DNA of 64,000 nucleotides from Octopus vulgaris (lineage: Eukaryota), in contig OX597817.1 in assembly GCA_951406725.2 (NCBI GenBank), forward strand, positions 144,646,001 to 144,710,000, given 5' to 3'. This document shows positions 50,801-63,329 of this stretch, in pieces. Each line of letters opens with the position of its first letter. Position 1 is the stretch's first letter. Made by a program: the position numbers and the translations under genes. The notes below the pieces were generated by a model. The model was not told the origin of the DNA. It was given only the letters and a program-made list of their open reading frames with translations, and made no database searches.

Positions 50801-51628
50801 TCAATATTTTAGCCATATCCACAGGAAAAGATGACCTCATTGTTGCAAGCTGATGAAGGCTTCATCAGTTTTATGACATTGTCACTATTTAGGGATGTAA
50901 GTTCCTACCTAGAAGTATCTGTTTACAGCCAGGTGGACAGAACCATAGCAACATGGTAGTACTAGTGATTCTTCCCATGTCTTGGTTCATTGTTGAGAAC
51001 TCTTTCAACTAAGTCATCTGTGCAGTTAGTCTAAATTATCACCTGTAATGCAATTATGTTGAAACAATTAATTACATTTACTTTCCTTTACAAAAAAAAA
51101 ATACCTTGTAATGACAACACATGATCTGAAATCATTAAGATATCGTTTGAAGGTTTCATAGAACAAGTGTTTTGATGTGGCTGATAAAACTTCATAGATT
51201 ACAGAATAGATTTTCTACACTTTTATCACTTCTGTTTCAACGTCTAAGCTTTTTCATAGAAGTCTCTTGTACACTGCCATTTATTGAACACTGCAATTTG
51301 TTCTGCAATCAAAAAACAAAAAATAATAATAATAATTTTTGCAAGATTTCTTCCTGATCAGTGGAGATTTCTAGCAGACATTTTCTCATCTATTCCCCTT
51401 TATTCTCTTGAGAGAAAACTCGAAAGTTATAATATGGTCTTCATTTGGAAAATTATGCGAAACATAATATGTTATTTTGTTAATCTAGAACTTGGTAGCA
51501 TATCTGTTTAACTTGAGCTATATCTGAAAATTCCATTAACTGGAATCCTGTCTGCACTATTCCTAGGATTCCATTCCAAAAGCATACATATGCCACATTA
51601 ATCACCCTACATTGGTTACTACTAAAAT

Positions 51629-51677
<49 letters not shown>

Positions 51678-52169
51678 GTATGTATTCTTCAAAATCCTGA
51701 TTTGATTCATAAAAATATCAACACTGTGGTTTCTTCTTACACAATTCTTCTTTCCCAATTATCTCCGATTGATTTTTCAATAGTATGCTCAATGCCAGTT
51801 ATTAGCAATTTGGTAATAGGAAAAGATGCATTGATCATTATGGCCCCAAGATATAGAATGAAATATTTCACCAGTAGCTAATTAGAATATTTCGTATTAT
51901 CTTCAAACTTTGAAGAAAAACAGAAAACCTTTCTAAGAAATAAGAATGCTTTCTCTAAAGCTGTGGCAACATCATTTCCATGATGTGAACAACAAAGCTC
52001 GTTGAATCATTAACATGCCAGGAAAAATGCTGTATGTTCTGAGTTCAAATTCTGCTAGAGTCGACTTTGCCCCTCATCCTTTAGGAGTTAATAAAATAAG
52101 TTGAATTTAATCCCTCCTCCTAAATTGCTGGCCTTGTGCTAAAATTTGAAATCAGTAATGGGAACAAGA

Positions 52170-52487
52170 ACTGTTGTTTGGTTTCTGTAACAGGTGTTTT
52201 TTGGGGGGTTTTTTATGTGTATAGAGTGTTAGCCTATAGCACAACCCCCCAAATCTGGAGGGCCGATGAGTATACTTTAGTCTGACTCCTCCTCTTCGAC
52301 CAAACCAGTAAGGTTAAACCTACTAAGGGAACACATCCCCCACTGGCACATGCTCTAGGGATCATAAGAGTACGCAAGCCTCCCCGCCACGTCAAGGCCA
52401 TACACTAGAAACACGCCAATGACCGCAAAAAGTGGAAAACAACTGTTGAGGCCCTATGCTCCACAAGGGGCAAAAAGGATTAAGAAG
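52170..52487. mobile_element. RTE-derived insertion: inverted 5' UTR joined to the 3' end, with 13-bp TSD
   Basis: Minus strand ccttgacgtggcggggaggcttgcgt..ggccctccagatttggggggttg..ggctaaca; plus strand ANDRKKWKTTVEALCSTRGKKD*; TSD aatg(g/t)gaacaaga. Confidence 0.7.
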
Positions 52488-52563
52488 AATGTGAACAAGA
52501 GGTTACTGGAAATGCAGAAGCAGTGGAGCATCATGCTAAAATGTTTGACTGTAATTTACTATT

Positions 52564-52868
52564 GTGAAGCCACATGGCTCTGTGGTTAGAGCATCGAGCT
52601 TACGATCGCGAGGTTATGAGTTCGAATCCCAGACCGGGCTGCATGTTGTGTTCTTGAGCTAGACACTTTATTTCACATTGCTCCAGTTCACTCAGTTGTA
52701 GAAATTAGTTGCAACATCACAGGTGCCAGCTGTATTGGCCTTTGCCTTTCCCTTGGATAACACTGGTGGCTTGGAGAGTGGAGGCCGGTTTGCATGGGCG
52801 ACTACTGGTCTTCCATAAACAACCTTCTAGGTGCAATCCCATGGTCATTCATGACTGAAGAGGGTCCC
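52564..52868 (+). mobile_element. tRNA-SINE family D (CORE-like centre); relatives at 44746, 55235, 60441, 62101
   Basis: tggctctgtggttagagc A box, gagttcgaatcc B box, gtgttcttgagc.agacacttt. Confidence 0.8.
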
Positions 52869-53781
52869 AATTTACTATTATAGTATGAAAATTAAAATAT
52901 TGTCAAGATCAGGCTGATATTATGAATACCAAACATTACCTGGCGGCTGATTCAGTCTCTTACATTCCTAGTTTACAAATGTATAATGAACACTGTAAAT
53001 GTGGGTAAATAAATATTTTACACCATCATCATCATTTAATGTCCACATTTCCATTCCGTACTTGCGTGGGTCAGATGGAACTTGTTGGAGCCAATTTTCT
53101 GTGGTAGGTTGCCAACCTTCACATGTTCCCAAGCAAGGTAATATTTTCCATTTCTAGGCATGTTTTTTCTCAGAAGGTTAGAAACGAACAAATTTGATTG
53201 TATGATGATGTTGCCTGCTTGCAACCATCACGTAATATCTAGGCAAGGGTGTACACACACACACACACACACACATATACCTACCCATCTATCCACCTTC
53301 CCTCCTTCCTTCCTTCCTTCCGTATATATTTTATATTTTATATGAGATCAGTACTATGACATCACCTGAATTGGCAATAGCTATACGTCATCATAGTCAC
53401 AATTTCTTCAAGACTTGGTAGATTTCCTGAAACCAGGAATAAAAGAAATGATAAATTTACAACTGAATAGACATGTTTACATTTTCTTAAAAAGAATAAA
53501 AATTTTACAAGATTCTGGTGTTTTGTAAGAGGTTTTCCTGAAAAATTTCATTGGAAAGAGTCTTCAGCTTTTATTGAAATGGAATTTTTCATTATACTTG
53601 TCTGAGAGTCCACTCAACTATTTCTACATTTAATTCAATGAGGGTTGCTAGGAACACACACATATATATTGTACTACTAGTAACACTGCTAATAACTCAT
53701 TCAATGTAGGTCATGCAATATTAATGCATTATATAGTAGTATTACATAAGTGAATCACATTGCTGGCAAGACATACATGAG

Positions 53782-54071
53782 CAGTGGTGGACTGGGTCTA
53801 AAAATATTGGTTGCCAGGAGACTAAGGGGGCCCACCCTCAACTACAATGCTATAATTTAATTTTTTTATTTTTATTAAAATCATCCTTTTCAACTGTCTA
53901 CAAACACAGCCAGGCTGAAATAATGCATTCTTCCAGGAGTGAATAAAAAAATTCTCAAACTTGAGGGGATGGGCCCCTTAGATACTAACATGGGCTCCCA
54001 CATATGGATACTAATGGGGCAGGGACCCACTTGCCATCAGGCAAGCTGGCAGCCTGGCCAGTCCACCACTG
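53782..54071. mobile_element. hAT-like MITE
   Basis: 14-bp TIR cagtggtggactgg/ccagtccaccactg; 8-bp TSD tacatgag/tacatggg. Confidence 0.8.
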
Positions 54072-54191
54072 TACATGGGGATCACATTGTCTGAGACATG
54101 GGTGAATGATATTGCCATTTACATACATGTTGAAAATTTGGCTTGTGAATAATATGTCAGTCATATAGGCTTAGGTGTGGTTGTGCAGTTG

Positions 54192-54422
54192 AGGTGCCAG
54201 CTGGCAGAAATGTTAGCACGCCAGATGAAATGCATAGCCGTATCTCATCTGCCGTTATGTTCTGGGTTCAAATTCCACCGAGGTCGACTTTGCCTTTCAT
54301 CCTTTCGGGGTCGATAAATTAAGTACCAATTACGCACTGGGGTCGATGTAATTGACTTAATACCTATGTCTGTCCTTGTTTGTCCCTTCTGTGTTTAGCC
54401 CCTTGTGGGCAGTAAAGAAATA
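54192..54422 (+). mobile_element. SINE-B inserted in the head of a SINE-A
   Basis: The SINE-A A box lies to the left and its B box region to the right. Confidence 0.8.
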
Positions 54423-54616
54423 GCTTTCCAGCCATAAGGTCTTGGGTTCAATTCCAGTGTATAGTGTCTTAGACAAGTCTCTTCTACTATAGCTCTTATA
54501 AGTAGGTTTGGTAGACAAACTGAAAGAAGCCTGCCAGCTGGTCTTGACTCCACTTACATGGTTGCTAAATCCCCAAGTTCTTTTTTTATTCTCTCTCTGT
54601 TTATTTCCTTGTGCTC

Positions 54617-54652
54617 CTTTCTGTTGAAGTGCGTAGGCTCGAAACATAAAAG
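54617..54652 (+). ncRNA. Variant minimal hammerhead motif in a PLE-like fragment (about 54540-54742)
   Basis: cttt-CTGTTGA-a-gtgc(gtag)gctc-GAAAC-ATA-aaag; core position 6 altered. Confidence 0.5.
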
Positions 54653-55389
54653 ACTTTCTCACCTTCTCGAGCATCAAACTAATACACCTGCTTGTTGTTT
54701 TTACACCAGTCTTTGTCTTTTGTTTTTCTGTAAATTTCAACAAATATATATATATATATATTGTGTGTGTGAGTGTGTACCTTTGTCTTGATATCATGGT
54801 TGTAAACAAGCATCACCATCATTGAAGCAGTATTGTGTATTGTTCATTTCCAGTCTTCTGTGAAAAACATGTGAGGCTACGGGGAAATATTATATTGTTT
54901 GGAAACAAGTGAGGGTTTGAAGAGGAAGAGCATCCAGTTGTAGAAAGCCTGCCTCAAAAAGTTCCATCTGACCAATGAAAATATGGGAAAGTGAACATGG
55001 TGATGATACTATCACCAACACATTGTATGTGGATCATACTGATAGTGAAAACGTGTAGATCATTATTCATGGCACATATATAGGTCATAGTATCGGTAAC
55101 CTGTTATTTGAAGGTAATTCTGCTAACAACACTCCTGTGGGTCACAGTGTTAATAATGTGTGTAGGTCATATTGCTATTACTTCATATGTGAACACTGCT
55201 ACCAATATATATGTAGATCATCCTGTCAGTAATGTGAAGGTTTGTAGCTTAATGGTTAGGGTATTTGGCTCATGATCATAAGGTCATGAGTTCAATACCT
55301 GGTGGCATGTTGTGTCCTTGAGCAAGGTACTTTATTTTACATTGCTGTTATCCACTCAGCCAGAAAAAATTTCTGGCTGAAGGGGTTTG

Positions 55390-55539
55390 TGATGTGCTCA
55401 CCTTCCTACTTACTAGGACTTTGGTTTTTGCAACATTGACTCTAAGGCCCTTCGATTCTAAACCTTGCTTCCACACCTGAAATTTCTTCTCTAGTTATGG
55501 TAGTCATTCCACTATGGGAGCAAGATCATCAGCATATCT
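55390..55539 (-). pseudogene. RTE-type reverse transcriptase fragment
   Basis: YADDLAPIVE*LP*LEKKFQVWKQGLESKGLRVNVAKTKVLV: YADD motif and the GL.VN..KTK motif, with in-frame stops. Confidence 0.85.
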
Positions 55540-55827
55540 AATTGATAAATATGCTTTCCCTCATAGAACTATCTGGAAATCCAGTTGTAGAAATTGAACA
55601 AGGATTTGATATAAAGAAATTGTATTTACTCTTTGATAACAACAATTATTTATATTTTAAAAAAACCATGTTTGTGTGAGAATCTAAACAACAAGATATC
55701 TATTCCTTCTTATCAGTCTGGCTGGTAGCTTTGACTGATGAGACACATAATAAGGTTGAAACATAAGTGTCTCAAAACAGCCTTACACATGTGAATCATA
55801 TGTGTAATAAATATGCATTGTCTAGAG

Positions 55828-56172
55828 CAGTGGTTCTTAGTTGGGATCCATATGGCCTCTGAGGGTCCATATAAGATTTTGTGGGGTCCACATAGCAAAA
55901 CAGTAAATTGGGGATCCACAGTAGTCTTTTAAGAGCTCCTGAAAATTTTTCACCTTAAATGTATGTATTGGTATGCATTGCAAGAAACAGTTGGGTTTCT
56001 TTCTCTAACATTTTACATAGTTCAACCTACACAAGTTAATGTGTGGAAAACAAAATAGGAATTTTGAAAGGAGTTTCTATAAAACTAGTTTTTAAACATG
56101 AAATGGCTCTGGGGTTCCACTAGAATAAAATAACAATCAAAGGGGTCCATAGATAGTGATTGAGAACCCCTG
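55828..56172. mobile_element. hAT (Charlie/Buster-type) MITE
   Basis: cagtggttct...agaacccctg termini; perfect 8-bp TSD gtctagag. Confidence 0.85.
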
Positions 56173-57047
56173 GTCTAGAGCAAGGAAGTCTTCTCCAATG
56201 ACAAAATACAACAGTGGTTAGATATTCACATTCAAATCTGCCAGAATATAGTGAGAATAAGAAGATACATTATTGCAATGAGCATTAGTTTCTGTATAAT
56301 AAGTCTTCATAATAACTGCCTATATACTTCGTCATGTGTTATTTAGGGTTGAAATCTAATAAGTTGTATATTATCAATATATTTGCTATAATCTGGAAGA
56401 AGCTATGAGAATGAAACATTTTTTCTCAGCTCTAGATCCAACAGCTGGTTTACTTGACATTTGGAAATTACATCTGGTGTCATCAGATGCATAAAAGGTT
56501 GTTCGGTACAGTAAATTGAAACTAGAATCAAAGAAAGTTTTTTTGTTTTTTTTATCTACAGAAATAAGTCAATAACTATCATTTCTAAAAGTGAATAATT
56601 TTGAATCTTGTACAGATGGGTAGATTGTAATCTTTTTTGTCAGGGGCTCATTCTTGTTTAAGAAAATTGTCGTCTGAAGAAAACACCTGCCTAAAACATT
56701 AGAATTTACCTCTGTTCCATACCACTTGACATTATACAATTTTTCATCATCATCATCATCATGTCTGCTTTATCATGCTTGCATGGACTGGATAGAATTT
56801 GTTGTGGAATTTCTACAGTTAGATGTTCTTCCTGTTGCCAGCCTTCACCTGTTTCCAATGTGGCCAGACATGTTTTCATGGATGATTGGAAATGAAGGAA
56901 CTCTGCTTGCATAACACTGATGCTCATTTACAACTATCATATGAAGTCAAAGCAAGGATACAGTCACACACACACACACACGATGGGCTTTTCTCACTTT
57001 CCATCTACCAAATCCAGTCACAAGGCTATGGTCAGTCTGTGGTTATA

Positions 57048-57430
57048 CCAGCGAGCTGGCAGAAACGTTAGCACACCGAGCGGAATGCGGAGCCATATTT
57101 CATCTGCCGTTACATTCTGAGTTCAAATTCCACTGAAGTCGACTTTGCTTTTCATCCTTTCGGGGGCGATGTAATCGACTTAATCCGTTTGTCTGTCCTT
57201 GTTTGTCCACTCTGTGTTTAGCCCCTTGTGGGTAGTAAAGAAATAGGTATTTTGTCTGTCTTTACGTTCTGAGTTCAAATTCCGTCGAGGTCGACTTTGC
57301 CTTTCATCCTTTCAGGGCCGATAAATTAAGAACCAGTTATGCACTGGGGTCGATATAATCAACTTAATCCGTTTGTCTGTCCTTGTTTGTCCTCTCTATG
57401 TTTAGCCCCTTGTGGGTAGTAAAGAAATAT
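57048..57430 (+). mobile_element. SINE-B dimer inserted in a minus-strand SINE-A
   Basis: aagaaata|ggtattt junction; SINE-A sequence on both flanks. Confidence 0.85.
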
Positions 57431-57929
57431 ATGCCAGAAGACACTTGCCCAAGTTGCCACACAGTGGGACTGAACCTGAAACCATGTTGTTGGAGAGCAA
57501 AATTCTTAACCACACTGCCCTACCTGTGCCTAAACTATACTATTTCTTAATTTGGTGGATTATCAATTTACTCTTTTCATGTGTAATTCAAGAGAAACTG
57601 TACACAAGTAGTGTTCTAATGTCTTTCTTTTTAAACCCATGCAAACAGAGTTTCCAGTATAATGTTGCAAGCTAACAAAACAAGTCACCACCACCACCAC
57701 CACCACCACCACTGCTGCTGCTCATAAAACTTTTAAAGGTTACACTTTGTTAAAATGACAGGTACTAAATTTTAGGCATTGAATTGATAAACTAACCTGT
57801 CACACTGTTGAGTCACTCAGAGGCAATTTTCTTTGTTATTAAACAACTTCAGACCAACCCCTCAAAAAAAAAAAAGGTAAAGAGAATTTCAAGAAAAAAT
57901 GTGTGGGGGAAACTGAAAGCATAAGTTGA

Positions 57930-58870
57930 ATCATCATCATCATCGTCGTTTAGTGTCCGTTTTCCATGCTAGCATGGGTTGGACGGTTCGACCTGGGTCT
58001 GGGAAGCCAGGAGGCTGCACCAGGCTCCAGTCTGATCTGGCAGTGTTTCTACAGCTGGATGCCCTTCCTAACGCCAACCACTCCGTGAGTGTAGAGGGTG
58101 CTTTTTAGGTGCCACTGCCACAGGGGCCGGAGGAAGCTGGCATTATCCACAATCAGTTGGAGCTTTTTACATGCCACTGGCTCAGAAGCCAGTCAAGGAG
58201 GCATGCTGGGCAAAGTGCTTAGCAACATTTCATCCATCTATACATTCTGAGTTCAAATCCTGCTGAGGTCAACTTTGCCTTTCATCCTTTTGGGGTCATT
58301 GAAAGAAGTACCAGTGACACACTGGCATCAGTGTAATCGGTTATCCCCCTCCCCTAAAATTTCAGGCATTGTGCTTATAGTAGAAAGGATTATTATTATC
58401 ATCATTATTATTTAGGTAGTAAGGAGCTGGCAGAATCATTAGCATACCAGACAAAATGCTTAGCAGCATTTCATCAGTCTTTACGTTCTGAGTTCAAATT
58501 CTGCTGAGGTCAACTTTGCCCTTTATCGTTTTGGGATCATTGAAATAAGTATTAATTATGCCCCAGGCTTGATGTAATTGAACTTGCCCCGCCCCCAGAA
58601 TTTCAGGCCTTGTGCCTATAGTAGAAAGGATTATTATTATTATTTCTGTTGTTGTTGAGGATTGGCAGAATCAGTAAAGTATCAGAAAAATGTCTTGCAA
58701 TGATTTCTTCCAAGCATGTACATTGTGAGTTCAAATTCTGAAAAGGCCAGCTTCTGACTTTCTTCCTCCTTGGGTCAATAAAATAAAGTGCCAGTCAAGT
58801 ACTTGGGTCAATGGTATTGACTAAACTTCTCCCCTTTTAATTTCTGGCCTTGTTCCTAAATTACAAGCAG
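57930..58870. mobile_element. Element C (57930-58200, minus) followed by three tandem SINE-B copies (plus)
   Basis: Family matches. Confidence 0.8.
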
Positions 58871-60485
58871 TTATTAATAATCATTTAATTGCTTAATCAG
58901 AATAGAGGGTTCACGGTACCCAGGGTCCTTTACAGGGTTTTTTGAGGTTGGTGGCAAGAAAAGATTAAAAAAGTATCCTCCAACCAGAGATCTGGTCCAA
59001 ATGATTTTTGCTGAGTAAAACCAATCAAGAGCCAGAAGATTAAAGGGAATTTGGCTGTTATTTCTCACAGATCAATCAACTGTGTGGTAGATCCCTCACC
59101 AGTTTTATAACCCTTCCAACCAACCCACCCATAGATAGTAACAGTGACTCGTGTAAAGATAAATGGAGTGATAAATGATGTCTGTGAGAGGAGGAATTTA
59201 TCAGTTTATCAGTTCATTATCAGTTAATATGAATGTAAACGAACGCAGCACCGAGAGTGATGTCATCTTAATACAATTGTAGTGACATGGCATCATAATG
59301 ATTTAGATATAAATTACAGATATAACTATGAATATTAGTTTTGACTAAGAGGAAGGCTGGAAAAAGTAAATATTTTCTCATTATGGCAAAACTGCTCAAC
59401 ACATTTACTGTTTGTTAGGGTTTTTTGGTTTTTTTTTGTTTGTTTACAATGGCACAGTGTGTAGTAACATTTGTTTCACTGTCATTAAACCATTACTAAA
59501 TTGTTTGAATATTTTTGTTACTGGGACATTAATGAAATGAATTTCAACATATTACTGAATTGAATTCTTAAGTGGTGTGTGTGTGTGTGTGCGCTTGTAT
59601 GAATCTAAGTGCCTGTGTGTAGTTGAAAGAGTGATAGAAATATATGACTACTACTTCAGAATGGCTTGGCTCAACATTTTAATTTCTGTCCAGAGTTCAA
59701 ATCCTGCTGAAGGCAATTTCTAACTTTTTTTCTTTTCTAGGATTCAGAAATATTTACCAGTAATATATATATATATATATATATTTATACAGAGATGTAC
59801 TTGCATAGCAAGTGACCTGATCTGAAATTGTGTGCTGGAACAAAATGCAGCATGGAATTCTGTCAGTGAACAGGTTGTGATCTCAAAGCAACAAAAATAT
59901 TTTGCCAAATTAAATTTAAATGTTGAAGTGACTCTAACGGTTTTTGTGGATTTCTTAGATGGCAATTGTGTGTATGTATATATATATATTATTGACATAT
60001 ATTTTGTCAGTCTCATTATGAAATTAAGCTCCTGAAAGCATGGGGCCTAATTTCACAGCAATATAAAATATATGTTTAGTAAATATGTAGATGTGACTTC
60101 TTTGTACATATTCATCTCAGATTAAATTCAAGTGTCTTATATCTTGAAGTGGTCGGTTTTGTGATTGACTTGAAATATTCTCAAGTATTTGATGATCTAT
60201 ATCCAGGGACGACCCTTGGTACTTAAGCCAGAGCCTGCAATTCTAAAAGTCAAGACTTACCCACTTCCCCAGCTAGCATCATTATTAATTGCTTTTATGT
60301 CTGCCTTTTTCATGCTGGCATATGTTGGACTTGGCTTCTTGAAGCAGTATTTTACAACCAAATGTCCCCTACTGACACTAACCTGATTTTTTTTCAAACT
60401 AGAGTATTTTATCCTACATCTTCTTATGTCAACCATTGCTGTGAAAACACATGGCTTAGTGTTAGGATATTCAGTTCACAATCAT

Positions 60486-60849
60486 CGACATAAAAATAAA
60501 AATCAAATGGAAATTATAGTTGTGATACCTGTGCCAGTGGCACGTAAAAAGCACCATCCAAACGTAGACGATGCCAGCGCTGCCTTGACTGGTGTCCGTG
60601 CCGGTGGCACGTAAAAAGCAGTAACCGATTGTAGCCATTGCCAGCCTCCTCTGGCTCCTGTGCCAGTGGCACGTAAAAAGCACCCACTACACTCACGGAG
60701 TGGTTGTCATTAGGAAGGGCATCCAGCTGTAGAAATTCTGCCAGATCAGACTAGAGCCTGGTGCAGCCACCTCACTTCCCAGACCCTTGTTGAACCGTCC
60801 AACCCATGCTAGCATGGAAAACGGATGTTAAACGATGATGATGATGATG
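60486..60849 (+). mobile_element. Element C inserted in SINE-D with TSD aatcat
   Basis: aatcat at 60480-60485 and 60850-60855; an uninterrupted paralog of the site lies at 62.1 kb. Confidence 0.85.
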
Positions 60850-61371
60850 AATCATAAGATTGTGAGTTTGAATTCTGGTGTCATGTTGTGTCCTTGGGCA
60901 AGACACTTTATTTCATATTGTTCCAGTTCACTCAGCGGACATAAGTGAGTTGGCCTTTTTATTGAAAGTGCCAACCTTGTTACATTCTGTGTCACACTGA
61001 ATCTCCCTGAGAACTATGTTAAGGATATGTGTGTCTGTGGAATACTCAGCTACTTGCATGTTGATTTCATGAGCAGGTTGTTCTGTCAATTGGATCAACT
61101 GGAACCCTCGTAACGGATGGAGTACCAGTTCTTTTTTTTTTCTTATATCAACCACTACCAGACATTTTGTTTGTGGGAGCCGTAACATCATTGCATAAGT
61201 AGTGCCAGTGCAAAGACACACCGACAGGAACTCACACACACACACGACATAATTAATACCATTTCTGTCTACTAAATTTTACCTACAAGACACTAGTCAA
61301 CCCAAGGCTATAATTAAAGACAGTTTTCTTATGAAGTGGGATCAAACTTGAAACTCAACCACATAGTTTAA

Positions 61372-61538
61372 ATCGTCTCCAGCTGGCTATACGACACAAT
61401 CTGTATCCTTATATATAAGGACACAGATCGTGTAGTGTAGCCAGCTGGAGACAATGCCTCCTGGGGCTTCCCTTGTTTGAAAATATAAGGACACAGATCA
61501 TGTTGTATAGCCAGCTGGAGACAATGTCCCCTGGGGCT
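61372..61538. repeat. 84-bp palindrome plus a direct duplicate of its right arm
   Basis: gtctccagctggcta..tccttata|tataagga..tagccagctggagac; right arm repeated at 61483-61538. Confidence 0.85.
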
Positions 61539-62873
61539 AAATTACAGCAGCATTAGTCCTAAACCAGGACTGCCATGTTATGTTGGCAAACAATCTTTAC
61601 TCCAAAGTCCTGTTGCTGAATATCTCACATTGTGAGATTTTGAAATAATAATTTCCGAACACATAGTTTAAAGTTCTTAAAACACATTTACATATGTCTC
61701 ATAAAAATGAAAAATTTATATCAAAATCTGATTTGTTCTTTTCCTCTCCCTGTTATTCTTCCATCTTGCAAGTTACTTAGCAAAGCTACTAGTGCCAGTG
61801 GAACAATAAAAGTACCTAAATTGTTTGAATATTTTTGTTACTGGGACATTAATGAAATAAATTTCAACATATTTCAAATGGCGGTGCCCCAGCATGGCCA
61901 CAGCTCATGGGCTGAAACTGGAAAAATCAAAATCAAAATCAAATCAAAAAATCAAATATTACTGACCACCAAAGGCACTAGCCCTCATCATCCTCTCCAA
62001 TCTACAAATAAACACATGCTTAGAGTAGGGCCATTCGCTCTAACCATATTTTGCCCACTTTCGCCCATCTAGAGTATTTTATTCTATATCAACCATTGCT
62101 GTGAAGGCACATGGCTTAGTGTTAGGATATTCAGTTCACTATCATAAGGTTGTGAGTTTGAATTTTGGTGTCACATTGCGTCCTTGGTATTGCAAAGTAG
62201 TTGGCATCAAGAAGGACATCCTGCCATACAGACCATACCAAAACTGACATTGAAATACAGTGCAGCCTTGCAGCTCATTGATTTCTGTGAAACCATTGGA
62301 AGTGTGGATAGTGAACATCAAATGCCGATAATGACAAAGAGTCGTTTATATTCATTAGATATACATTGCATGTTGGAAATACCATTGCCACAGTGACAAT
62401 CATAATTCTGGCTCAGTAAAATGTGAACCAATAAAAATCATCATCATCATCATCAACAACAACTGCTTGTCTTAATCATGTTTATTGCTGGTGCTTAACG
62501 AGTAAATTACGAAATAGTTTCTCTCTGTAAATGCTCTACTGAGGAACTTTACAAAAAATTTATCACCCAGCTAATCTAATGGGTCTTATTCAGTCAAGGT
62601 CATCCCAGGGTTAAACAGCATTTACAACACATGGATGTTTGCTTCAATGAGATTGACATAATGAGCTAGAATTTAATTCGATAATTGCATTGGTCTTAGA
62701 ATCATCTTAAATCAACATTTCATTCAAGTTGACTTTTATCCATTTAGAGTAAGGCCTTGCGTGTCTTATATAGTATGTAGAACAGCTTTCATTAACTGAA
62801 ATAATCAAGGCAATTAGTAGACAAGAGCTCCTTGGTGGTGGTGCATTTAGAATCTAAAAAGAAAATAAACAAG

Positions 62874-63329
62874 GGCGTAGGAGTGGCTGTGTGGTAAGTA
62901 GCTTGCTTACGAACCGCATAGTCCCGGGTTCAGTCCCACTGCGTGGCACCTTGGGCGAATGTCTTCTACTATAGCCTCAGGCCGACCAAAGCCTTGTGAG
63001 TGGATTTGGTAGACGGAAACTGAAAGAAGCCTGTCGTATGTTTGTATATATATGTATATATATGTATGTATATATATATGTATATATATATATGTATATA
63101 TATATGTGTGTGTGTGTATGTTTGTGTGCCTGTGTTTGTCACCCCAACATAGCTTGACAACCGATGCTGGTGTGTTTATGTCCCTGTAACGTAGCGGTTC
63201 GGCAAAAGAGACTGATAGAATAAGTACTAGGCTTACAAAGAATAAGTCCTGGGGTCGATTTGCTCAACTAAAGGCGGTGCTCCAGCATGGCCCCAATCAA
63301 ATGATTGAAACAAGTAAAAGAGTAAAAGA
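62874..63329 (+). mobile_element. SINE-A, full length (reference copy)
   Basis: ggcgtaggagtggctgtgtggtaag head through to gaaacaagtaaaagagtaaaaga tail. Confidence 0.9.

Noticed and set aside
50851-50869. ctgatgaaggcttcatcag as a hammerhead
   Set aside because: A simple hairpin with no GAAA or stems I/III.
51390-51470. LYSLERKLESYNMVFIWKIM resembling the CR1 LYSLERRR motif
   Set aside because: Too short and degenerate to call without an alignment.
54357-54809. Longest ORF in the track (150 aa)
   Set aside because: It crosses SINE-B, SINE-A, a PLE-like fragment and a TA tract, so it is a chance read-through.
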